A stretch of 64,000 bases of DNA from positions 180,296 through 244,295 of the forward strand of contig CAKOJJ010000001.1 in the NCBI GenBank assembly GCA_934089275.1. The letters run 5' to 3'. The translations under genes were made by a program, and so were the position numbers. The notes under the pieces were generated by a model, which saw only the letters and a program-made list of their open reading frames with translations, did not search any database and was not told the origin of the DNA. Within the stretch, counting starts at the first letter, position 1; each line of letters opens with the position of its first letter. Of this stretch, positions 20,733 to 30,200 are shown piece after piece. Source of the stretch: an uncultured Bacilli bacterium. GTDB lineage: Bacteria; Bacillota_I; Bacilli_A; RF39; UBA660.

Positions 20733-21761
20733 TCAATCAATTATTAACATTGCATCCCCAAATGAGAAGAAACGATACTTATTTAAAACTGCTTCTTTAT
20801 AAGCATTAAGCACATGCTCTTTTCCTGCAAGTGCACTTACAAGCATTATTAATGTAGATTTTGGAAGATGAAAGTTTGTTATCAAATTATCAATACCCTT
20901 AAATTCAAAACCAGGATAAATAAATATATTTGTGTCATTAACTTCAGGAGTAAATTCATCATATTTTTTTCTATTAGACTCTAATACTCTTGTAGATGTT
21001 GTACCAACAGCAAATATTTTACCACCATTTTTTCTAACATCATTTAAAGTTTTAGCAGCTTCTGAACCAATAATATAAGTTTCCGTATGCATTTCATGTT
21101 TAGTAACATCTTCAACATTTACTGGTCTAAAGGTTCCTAAGCCAACATGAAGTGTTACATGAACAATATTTATCCCCTTTTCTTTGATTTTACTCAACAA
21201 TTCTTTAGTAAAATGAAGTCCAGCTGTAGGCGCAGCAGCTGATCCATAATTTTCAGCATATACAGTTTGATAACGGTCTTTATCTTCTAATTTTTCATGA
21301 ATGTATGGAGGAAGTGGCATAGTTCCTAAGTTAGCTAAAATTTCCATCAATATACCATCATATATAAGTCTTACATGAGTAATACCATCATTTAATATTT
21401 CTGTAACTTCAGCTTTTAAAGAACCATCTCCAAAAGATATAATTGTTCCAACATGAAGTCTTTTTTGAGGCTTAGACAAACATTCCCAAAAATCTCCTTC
21501 TATATTTTTTAAAAGCAAAAGTTCAATAACTGCTTGAGTATCCTCTTTTTCACCAATAAGTCTTGCTGGAATAACTTTAGAATCATTTATGACTAAAGCA
21601 TCACCAGGATTTAAATAATCTATTATATCTGTAAACGTTTTATGTTCAATTTCACCTGTTTTTTTATGTAATACCATAAGTCTAGATGCATCCCTTTTTT
21701 TCAAAGGAACTTGTGCAATCAACTCTTCAGGCAATTCATAATCAAAATCATCTGTTTTCAT
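20733..21761 (-). CDS. queA: S-adenosylmethionine:tRNA ribosyltransferase-isomerase
   Basis: [30 protein letters not shown]... is the canonical QueA N-terminus. 342 aa. Confidence 0.95.
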   Translation of the reverse strand: MKTDDFDYELPEELIAQVPLKKRDASRLMVLHKKTGEIEHKTFTDIIDYLNPGDALVINDSKVIPARLIGEKEDTQAVIELLLLKNIEGDFWECLSKPQKRLHVGTIISFGDGSLKAEVTEILNDGITHVRLIYDGILMEILANLGTMPLPPYIHEKLEDKDRYQTVYAENYGSAAAPTAGLHFTKELLSKIKEKGINIVHVTLHVGLGTFRPVNVEDVTKHEMHTETYIIGSEAAKTLNDVRKNGGKIFAVGTTSTRVLESNRKKYDEFTPEVNDTNIFIYPGFEFKGIDNLITNFHLPKSTLIMLVSALAGKEHVLNAYKEAVLNKYRFFSFGDAMLIID

Positions 21762-22617
21762 TTTTACTACCTCTTTTCCTAAACGGAATGACTTTCAACT
21801 CCGCTTGTGGTTCATCAATTTCTTTAGTACATTCAACTATTTTAGCATTTATATTCAAAATTTTGCAAATAATTGATACATCCATCGAAGAAATTGCTCT
21901 AAAATAATTTAAAAATTCGTCAATTTTTTCTTGATCCATTGTTGCTAACAATTTAATACGTTGTATATTTTCAAAATCAATTGGTTGAAATATATTTTGT
22001 CCATATTGACTAACAAAGTTTTGTATTTCATTCATTTTTTCAAAAACAACTTTATATATATCATCTAACGAAGATACGTCATTAAAACTTCTCTCATTAT
22101 CAGGGCTATAATAGCCATATAACGTTTCGTAATAATTATTCAATTTTTCTTTTATAATATTGTCATTTTGATATATACTTATTATATTTAATAAAGAAGA
22201 TAACAAAGGTTCTAGTTTTCCACCAAATAGACCTATACTTTTTAAATAATAAAATTGTTCCATCCATTTAATATTTTCATCAAACAAACTTATTTTTAAA
22301 TACCTAGAATATAAAATAACCGGATATTCTTCTTCAAAAAAGACATTCATTATAATTTTTATTATATAATCATTGCATTTTAAAAGATGTGAATCACAGT
22401 TTAATAAATTTATCAAAATAATGATTAACCATACTCCATCGTCACCCATGTCACCAAAGGACATCACCAAATCATGATATGTTTGGTTTGCAGAAAACAA
22501 CGAATCAACACGATCCACATTTTTATTAAACTTAGTTAATAATAAATGTTCATCAATAATTAATTTCTCTTTATTAACAGATTCATTTACATATTCTTTC
22601 AAAGTCAAATAAATCAC
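21748..22617 (-). CDS. hypothetical protein (tandem paralog B)
   Basis: 289 aa. Collinear weak similarity to the upstream 280-aa ORF, for example [21 protein letters not shown] versus DEIASIVLDKMNQLNDFTREV. Confidence 0.5.
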   Translation of the reverse strand: MIYLTLKEYVNESVNKEKLIIDEHLLLTKFNKNVDRVDSLFSANQTYHDLVMSFGDMGDDGVWLIIILINLLNCDSHLLKCNDYIIKIIMNVFFEEEYPVILYSRYLKISLFDENIKWMEQFYYLKSIGLFGGKLEPLLSSLLNIISIYQNDNIIKEKLNNYYETLYGYYSPDNERSFNDVSSLDDIYKVVFEKMNEIQNFVSQYGQNIFQPIDFENIQRIKLLATMDQEKIDEFLNYFRAISSMDVSIICKILNINAKIVECTKEIDEPQAELKVIPFRKRGSKNENR

Positions 22618-23456
22618 CTATTTCTTTGCTTCTCTAAAAAGTTAATATAAATTATTTGCTCATTTCCAAAAGCACGGTAATAGCTTTGAGCAGTACTAAT
22701 TATAATAGAACATTTTTCTCTCATACCTTTTGGTTCTTCATCTACTTGATGAAAAAAGGTTAGAATTTCTTTTTGCCTATCTAAATCTAAATACTTTAAT
22801 TTAGAAATAAAATCAACTTGTGCAAATTCTTTTTTAGAAAAAGCATCATATTCAACAACTTCCCGAGTAAAATCATTTAGTTGATTCATTTTATCTAAAA
22901 CAATTGACGCGATCTCATCAAAATCATCTGTTTCATTAAACCAAAGAGGCTTTTTTTCTACAGGACTAGATAAAATTTCTTCATAATATTCTACTAATTC
23001 ATTAATATTTTCCTCTTTTGTTTTTATCGGATCAATGACATCAAGTCCAGTTAACAAAGTATGCATTGGATCAACATTTAAACTTCTTTTATTGTTATGA
23101 AGTTGAGTTATTAAATTAAGTATTCTTAAATCTAAAATAATATCCAAATATTTTTTATAACTCGTAATGTTTAAGCCATAATTATATATAGCTCTTACAA
23201 TGTCATCAATAACGCTTAAACTTGCATTAAGCAATCTTTTGTCACTATCAAGAGCACAGATAAAAGTCATAAGATAATAACACGAACCCATTTGTTCATC
23301 CGTATAATAATCAAGCATTTTTTCATATTGATCATAACCAACCGTAATTTTAATTTTGCTAAATACTCTCATAAATCTTTTATATAGCATTTGATCATTT
23401 ACTTCGGCTTTATCAAATTCATAATTACTCATCACATACTTTTTTATATCCTTCAT
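22614..23456 (-). CDS. hypothetical protein (tandem paralog A)
   Basis: 280 aa. Overlaps paralog B by 4 nt. No recognised motif. Confidence 0.5.
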   Translation of the reverse strand: MKDIKKYVMSNYEFDKAEVNDQMLYKRFMRVFSKIKITVGYDQYEKMLDYYTDEQMGSCYYLMTFICALDSDKRLLNASLSVIDDIVRAIYNYGLNITSYKKYLDIILDLRILNLITQLHNNKRSLNVDPMHTLLTGLDVIDPIKTKEENINELVEYYEEILSSPVEKKPLWFNETDDFDEIASIVLDKMNQLNDFTREVVEYDAFSKKEFAQVDFISKLKYLDLDRQKEILTFFHQVDEEPKGMREKCSIIISTAQSYYRAFGNEQIIYINFLEKQRNR

Positions 23457-23467
23457 AATTTCTCCCT

Positions 23468-24463
23468 TTAAAATAGCCTATCTCCTTGATTTAAATGTTC
23501 ATAAGCTTTATCGGTAACCATTCTTCCACGAGGAGTACGTTTAATAAATCCTTCTTGTAATAGATATGGTTCAACAACATCTTCAAGTGTAGAAACTTCT
23601 TCCCCAATCGACGATGCAATAGTTTCAACACCAACAGGTCCACCATTAAATTTCTCAATCAAACTTGTTAAATACTGAATATCTATTTTATCAAGTCCAT
23701 ATTTATCTACTTTCAATCTGTCTAGAGCTTTTTTAGTTATATCCAAATCGATTACTCCATCACCAATAACAGATGCAAAATCTCTTACTCGTTTAAACAA
23801 TCTGTTTGCTATTCTCGGAGTTTTTCTACTACGTCTTGCAAGCTCAACAGCTGCATCATCAGTTATTTCCATATCTAATACACGACTAGTTCTTTTTATA
23901 ATACCAACCAGTTCTTCTTCAGTGTAATAATTAAGTTTATTTATAATACCAAAACGATCTCTTAAAGGAGCTGATAAATCTCCAGCTCTAGTTGTTGCTC
24001 CAACAAGTGTAAAAGGTGGCAAATCTATTTTTATGCTTCTACTTGAAGAATCAGTTCCAACAACTATATCAAGTTCAAAATCTTCCATTGCTGGATAAAG
24101 TATTTCTTCAATAAACTTTGGCATACGATGTATCTCATCTATAAATAAGACATCTCCCGGTTCAAGAGTTGAAAGAACTGCAGCTAAATCACCTGATTTT
24201 TCAATTGCTGGGCCACTTGATGTTTTAAAATTCGCTCCAAGTTCATTTGCAATTATATGAGCAAGGGTTGTTTTTCCAAGCCCTGGAGGGCCATATAAAA
24301 GCACATGATCTAATGGTTCATTACGCATTTTTGCTGCTTCAATAAATATTTTTATATTTTCTTTTACTTCACTTTGACCAACATATTCATCTAAACTTTG
24401 AGGTCTTATATTATCTTCATTAATTTCTTCCTCAGTTTTATCTCCAGTTACTATTCTGTCCAT
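23468..24463 (-). CDS. ruvB: Holliday junction branch-migration helicase RuvB
   Basis: [21 protein letters not shown] and DEIHR motifs. 331 aa. Confidence 0.95.
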   Translation of the reverse strand: MDRIVTGDKTEEEINEDNIRPQSLDEYVGQSEVKENIKIFIEAAKMRNEPLDHVLLYGPPGLGKTTLAHIIANELGANFKTSSGPAIEKSGDLAAVLSTLEPGDVLFIDEIHRMPKFIEEILYPAMEDFELDIVVGTDSSSRSIKIDLPPFTLVGATTRAGDLSAPLRDRFGIINKLNYYTEEELVGIIKRTSRVLDMEITDDAAVELARRSRKTPRIANRLFKRVRDFASVIGDGVIDLDITKKALDRLKVDKYGLDKIDIQYLTSLIEKFNGGPVGVETIASSIGEEVSTLEDVVEPYLLQEGFIKRTPRGRMVTDKAYEHLNQGDRLF

Positions 24464-24473
24464 AGTATATCTC

Positions 24474-25025
24474 CTAACTATTTAATAATAATTTTAATGC
24501 TTCTTTAATTTGATTTTCAATTGTTGCACTTTGATCAATTTTACTTATAATTTTCTTTATATCAGCATTCTTATAGCCAAGACTTACTAACGCTTCAATT
24601 AATTCATCGTTTTGAACAACTGTAGTTTCTTTAGTATTTAATTTACCTTTTAAATCAAGAATAATTTGTCTTGCAAGTTTATCCCCAACTTTAGGAAATT
24701 TAGTTAAATACATAATATTTTCTCGATCAATTGCGTCAACTATACCATTGACACTTCCAGTTGCAAGCATCGGTAAAGCTATTTTAGGTCCAAGGCCTTT
24801 TACATTTATAAGTTTTAAAAATAAATCTTTTTCTTCTAAGGATTTAAATCCATATAAAGAATACTCATCTTCTCTTATATAATTATACAAATATATCTTA
24901 TACTCATCACCGACATTAAACGAATATGGATTAGAAACAAATACATTATATCCAATTCCATTATTATCAATAACAACACTGCTACTTGTTATTTCATCTA
25001 TTATTCCTTTTATATAACTATACAT
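24474..25025 (-). CDS. ruvA: Holliday junction DNA-binding protein RuvA
   Basis: MYSYIKGII... start behind AAGGTGAG, and the HhH region [12 protein letters not shown]. Confidence 0.9.
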   Translation of the reverse strand: MYSYIKGIIDEITSSSVVIDNNGIGYNVFVSNPYSFNVGDEYKIYLYNYIREDEYSLYGFKSLEEKDLFLKLINVKGLGPKIALPMLATGSVNGIVDAIDRENIMYLTKFPKVGDKLARQIILDLKGKLNTKETTVVQNDELIEALVSLGYKNADIKKIISKIDQSATIENQIKEALKLLLNS

Positions 25026-25143
25026 TTTTCTCACCTTAATAAAAGTATATCATACATTTGTTTATAATTATATATATTTTTAAAAAAGTAATGTCAAAAT
25101 ATAAACTTCATTAATAAACTATAGTAGATAAAGGAGGTATATT

Positions 25144-25326
25144 ATGTACTATTACGGATATAATAACTATGGCATGAATACAAATCCTTGTTGTATGTCT
25201 AATCCTGGATTTGCTGGTTATACAACTGGTGGATATTCATGGGGCGCAGCTTTATGGATTGTACTTTTCATTCTATTAGTAATAATAATCGGCGCTGGCT
25301 GGACTGGATACAACAATAACGACTAA
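25144..25326 (+). CDS. tiny Gly/Tyr/Asn-rich single-TM protein (YjcZ-like tiny TM family)
   Basis: AAAGGAGG Shine-Dalgarno. 60 aa: MYYYGYNNYGMNTNPCC...GAALWIVLFILLVIIIGAGW. Followed by a clean terminator. Confidence 0.6.
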   Translation: MYYYGYNNYGMNTNPCCMSNPGFAGYTTGGYSWGAALWIVLFILLVIIIGAGWTGYNNND

Positions 25327-25331
25327 TAAAG

Positions 25332-25360
25332 AAAATCACATCAACTTGATGTGATTTTTT
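25332..25360 (+). terminator. rho-independent terminator
   Basis: atcacatca-act-tgatgtgat followed by ttttt. Confidence 0.7.
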
Positions 25361-25427
25361 AATTTAGCAATATTAATATTTTATTTGACTTTTCACTTCC
25401 AAATACCATAACTAAACATAAATTTGA

Positions 25428-26642
25428 TTATTTTGTGCTGGCTTTTTCAGTTCTTGATAGTTTATTCAATTTTAACTTACAAACTAATGATTTTCCGACT
25501 ACACTTTTTATGCCTTGATTACTACTTTCTTGAGCTACTATCATCACTTTATCTGTCATAACATTTACCGGAGAAAATAATAAAGATATACGTGCAAATC
25601 CATCTCCTGTGCGTTGGCCACTTAGCATTGACCCATCTGATACACCGCCGACATATCCAGAGCCACCTCCGCCGCCACCGGCAATATAATATGATGCAGC
25701 TCCACCTCCGCCGCCATACCAGCCGCCTCCGCCGCCTCCGTGCATACGACTTCCAGATGCTCCGCCAGTGCCAAATCCTCCAGCTTTTCCATTTGCTTCA
25801 GTTCCTTGACCTGCTGTTCCACCACTTGTTTGAGTTCCTCCACCTGCAATAGTAAATTTACCACTACTAACAGAGTTTGTTCCTTGTCCTCCGGATTCAC
25901 CAGTTAATCCACCACCGGAACCACCATTAGTTGTTACATAATGATTTCCATCCCAACCAGCAGCGCCTCCACCGCCACCGGCGACAATCAAAACTTCTTC
26001 TTTATATGAACTATATTTTGATAGAATTCCACGGTTTGTTGTTGCTATATGTGTAGCGCCTCCACCGGAACCACCACGTCCTGCAGTGGCGTTAGCTGAA
26101 CTTGATCCTCCTCCATTATAACCTCCAGAAAGTGAACCACCATTCGTAGATTTTCCTACTCCACCTACCGCAATATAAAGGTTTGTAGATTTTAGTAATT
26201 CTTTATTTCCCACAGAATATCCACCAGATCCTCCAACACCATTATATGAGCCACCTTGTGCTCCCCATACTTCTAATTTGTATTTTCCCGAACGTGGCGC
26301 TGTAAAGGTTTGAACATTTCCAGTATATTCGTATGTCCATACTAAACTTTCTTCTGCTATTTTTTCGCATTCTAAGTAGGCTTCAACATCATATTCAGTT
26401 GAATCATTTACTATATCTACAGTTACATCTCCATTTACATCACTTATCGTAAATTCATCTTTTGCATCATTGATTCCAATTATTTCTGCATTATCTACTT
26501 TTAATGAAGATAAATATACTTTAAAATCGCTTATATTTTCTGATATTTTTCCTACACCATATATATTTACGGTTGTATTAAATGCTGCATATCCAATCAC
26601 CATAAACAAAACCACTATCAAAAGTATTGTCGATTTTTTCAT
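25428..26642 (-). CDS. secreted or membrane-anchored protein with a glycine-rich (Gly_rich/ALK-GRD-like) domain
   Basis: N-terminal signal/anchor. YEYTGNVQTFTAPRSGKYKLEVWGAQGGS...GGSGGYSVG...LYIAVGG matches the bacterial glycine-rich protein family pattern. The N-terminal ~95 aa are homologous to the DGR target 43512..44381. Confidence 0.75.
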   Translation of the reverse strand: MKKSTILLIVVLFMVIGYAAFNTTVNIYGVGKISENISDFKVYLSSLKVDNAEIIGINDAKDEFTISDVNGDVTVDIVNDSTEYDVEAYLECEKIAEESLVWTYEYTGNVQTFTAPRSGKYKLEVWGAQGGSYNGVGGSGGYSVGNKELLKSTNLYIAVGGVGKSTNGGSLSGGYNGGGSSSANATAGRGGSGGGATHIATTNRGILSKYSSYKEEVLIVAGGGGGAAGWDGNHYVTTNGGSGGGLTGESGGQGTNSVSSGKFTIAGGGTQTSGGTAGQGTEANGKAGGFGTGGASGSRMHGGGGGGWYGGGGGAASYYIAGGGGGGSGYVGGVSDGSMLSGQRTGDGFARISLLFSPVNVMTDKVMIVAQESSNQGIKSVVGKSLVCKLKLNKLSRTEKASTK

Positions 26643-26662
26643 TTTTACACCTTCGTATCTTC

Positions 26663-26699
26663 ACATTTTTATTTTATAATACCCCCCCCGATTTTCAAG
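26663..26699 (-). promoter_or_regulatory. conserved promoter block with a G8 tract (copy 1)
   Basis: The minus strand reads CTTGAAAATCGGGGGGGGTATTATAAAATAAAAATGT: TTGAAA, a 16-nt spacer containing G8, then TAAAAT. It is identical over 37 bp to 44401..44437. Confidence 0.55.
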
Positions 26700-26918
26700 G
26701 GCATTTCTATGTTTACAATATTTTTGATGTGAAATTACAATGCTAAAATTAAATCAACCAAACTTTATCAAAAAAACTCTTTTTACTTCAACTATTTAAA
26801 TATTATAAAAAGCAATATTAATACTTTAATAATGACAAAAATTAAAATACATTTTATTATAATACTGTGTGCAAATCATAATAATATAGCTTAATATTCA
26901 TTTTTATACAACATATGT

Positions 26919-26932
26919 GTTCAATTTTGAAC
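26919..26932. promoter_or_regulatory. perfect 14-bp palindrome, possible operator
   Basis: GTTCAATTTTGAAC, about 45 bp upstream of the XRE gene start, in the divergent intergenic region. Confidence 0.3.
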
Positions 26933-26976
26933 TTTTATTTTATTTAATTTGCTAATTATATTATAGGTGAATTATT

Positions 26977-27237
26977 ATGTATTACACAGATAGAATGAAA
27001 TGGTTAAGAGATATGAAAAATATAACTCAAAAGGAAATTGCCGCTTACTTAGGAATAAAGCAACAACAATATGCAAGATATGAAAAAGGTATTAATGTGA
27101 TGCCAGTAACATATTTGATAAAGTTATGTCAATTTTACAATATTTCCGCAGATTATATACTAGGATTAACTAGTAAAATAGAAACCATAAAAACTGAAAA
27201 CGAAAATATAAAAGAAAAAGAATTAGTTACAAGCTAA
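26977..27237 (+). CDS. XRE-family HTH transcriptional regulator
   Basis: KNITQKEIAAYLGIKQQQYARYEKGINVMPVTYLIKLCQFYNISADYILGL. 86 aa. Confidence 0.8.
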   Translation: MYYTDRMKWLRDMKNITQKEIAAYLGIKQQQYARYEKGINVMPVTYLIKLCQFYNISADYILGLTSKIETIKTENENIKEKELVTS

Positions 27238-27245
27238 TTCTTTTT

Positions 27246-30200
27246 TTAAAATAATGATAATTGGTTAGACTCACTTAGGCCGTCTAAACAACCTAAAGCT
27301 TTAAGTCTTTCAATCGAAGATCCATTAACCTTTCCACGTTTTTGTAAATCTTCTTGAGATATAAAAGGTGCCTCTTCCCTTGCTTTAATTATTTCTTTAG
27401 CAACGTTTTCTCCAAGTCCATCTAATGCACAGAACGGAATAATTAAACCTTTTCCATCTTCTGTGATTACAAACTTTTTAGCATCACTTTTTTCAATGTC
27501 AATATTTTTAAAGTATATACCTCTTGCTGCTGCTTCAAGACAAATACATAAAGTATCACGCGTATCAGTTTCTTTGTTACTTGCTAAATTTCCTTTTGCA
27601 TCAATTTCATCAATCTTTTCGCGTATAGCATTTTCTCCTCTAATCATCGAAGGTATATCAAATGCATCTCTTCTTATTGATAGGTATGCACAATAATACC
27701 AAATTGGATGATGAACTTTAAACCATGCAATTCTAAAAGCACTTGTAACATATGCAGTGGCATGCGCTTTTGGGAACATGTATTTTATTTTTCTACATGA
27801 TTCAATATACCATTCTGGAATATTATATTCTCTTAAGAACGCAGCATGTTCTGCCCAAGTTGCAGGATCTTTACTAGGTTTTCCTTTACGAACAAACTCC
27901 ATTATTTTGAAGGCTTTTCCTGCTGGAACTCCCCATTGAATTAAATTAACCATGATATCGTCACGACATCCAATAACATTTTTAAATGGAACTTGAATAT
28001 TTCCGTTTTCATCAGGTGTACACAAGTCTCTTGCATTACCTAACCATACATCAGTACCATGTGAAAGACCAGATATTTTAATAAGTTCGGCAAACGTCGT
28101 TGGTTTTGTTTCTTCAAGCATTCCAAGTAAGAAAGATGTTCCAAATTCAGGTACTCCAAGAGTTCCCGTTGGACAATATTTAACTCCATCCTTACTCGTT
28201 AAGCCTCTAAGACGAGTTTTTTCAACTCCTAAAACTTCTGGACCTGTAAATATTTTCATTGTATCACGGTCACCTAAATCAATTTTAGTGACATCTATAC
28301 CCGAAAGATCTTGCAACATTTTTAATACGGTTGGATCATCGTGTCCAAGTATATCCAGTTTTAAAAGGTCAGCATCAATTGCATGGTAATCAAAGTGTGT
28401 AGTTCTCCAAGCAACTGTTGGATCATCAGCTGGATATTGAAATGGCGTAAAATCCCAAATGTCTTTATATCCTGGAACAACTACGATTCCACCTGGGTGT
28501 TGTCCAGTTGTTCTTTTAACTCCCGTACATCCAACTGCCATTCTCTCAACCTCTGGTATACGAATAAACGATTTAACCAAACCTTTTTTTCTAAGTTCAT
28601 CTTTGCTTGTTACTGAAAGACCAAAACATGCACACTCAATAGTTAATTCATTATACATTACATCTTCATAATAACCTTGAACATAACCAAACGCTGTCTT
28701 ATCAGCAACCGTACCAATAGTTCCGGCACGATAAACATTATCTGTACCAAACAAAACTTTTGTATATTCATGCGCACTGGCTTGATTATCTCCTGAGAAG
28801 TTAAGGTCTATATCTGGAACTTTTTCTCCAGCAAATCCTAAGAATGTTGCAAATGGCATGTCATTTCCTTGATGAATCATTTGAGTTCCACATTTTGGAC
28901 AATTAGTTTCTGGCAAATCGAATCCACTTGGATAATTTTCAGAATAAGGATGACCATCTTTATCATTGAATTCACTATATTGACAATTTGGACAATAATA
29001 ATGTGCTGGAAGACCATTACATTCTGTAATACCCATCATACTTGCAACAAATGAAGAACCAACTGAACCACGTGATCCAACTAAATATCCATCATCATTT
29101 GAGTGTTTAACAAGTTTTTGAGCTATCAAGTAAATAACGTCAAATCCTCCACCAATAATTCCTGTTAGCTGAGCTTTCGCTTCTTCTATAGCCTCTTCAT
29201 CTGTTAATTCTTTATCACTAAGTCTTTTAACTTGTTCTTTTTTTAAATTAACTACTCCGTCATATCCGCTCATTATTACATCATGAAGTGTTGGAGTAAA
29301 TATTGCTTTTTTCTCTTCTTCACTCATTTCCGGATGTTCAATATCAATTTTTTCTTGAACTAATACATTAATTTTATCTCCATAGAATTCTTGAGCAATA
29401 CGTTCCTCAATATTAGCAGGAAGTGGATCTCCATACATACTATGAGCTTTATCAAATACAAGATCACGACATGTTTCTTGAGAATGTTCAATTATTGGAG
29501 AATATGGTTTATCAGGATAAACTACTACTTCAATCTCCTCCAACATATCAATTATTTTATTTGGATTCTCAATAACTATTTCATGAATTAAATCTCGATC
29601 ATTTAACCATGCAAATTCATCTAACATTTCTCTTGTAGTTCTAAAGAATTGATTAGGAATATGTCCCATTTTAGGAATTTCACTTTTAGTATATTTGCAT
29701 AAAAGCGAATAAGTTCCATTAACATAATTAACGCTTACTAAACCAGCTATTTGTAGTTTTCTCAAAGAAGAATCTATCATATATTTCTTTTCTTCAAAAC
29801 TCGTTTTAGCTGCTGCTTCATCTTGATTGTTTTTATCAACGGCATAAACTAAAGCTAAGTTATTGGAAGTAATCTCTACATTTCTTACATTAGTTAATGC
29901 ATAAATATATTTTAAAACTTTTATATCTACACTTGTTAAATCATGCCCTTTATCATGTGCTTGTTTTATAGCATGTTCAATGTTTTCTTTATTAACATTA
30001 ATCTTGTAATCACCTTTTAAATATCTAGCTAATGGATGTCTTCCTTTACCAGGAACATTTTGATTAACAATTATTTCTCTACTGATTAAATCTTGCGGAT
30101 CAATATTATGTACATCTGATGTTGCAACAATTATCTTTCCAAGGCTTTTTGCACATTTAATAATTTTTCTTATTGCAAGTTTTAAATCATCCATATTAGA

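Noticed and set aside
25592-25900. 86-aa and 92-aa ORFs inside the glycine-rich gene
   Set aside because: They are off-frame or antisense readings of GGN-repeat DNA, which is naturally free of stops. They have no SD and implausible His/Arg/Leu-rich composition.
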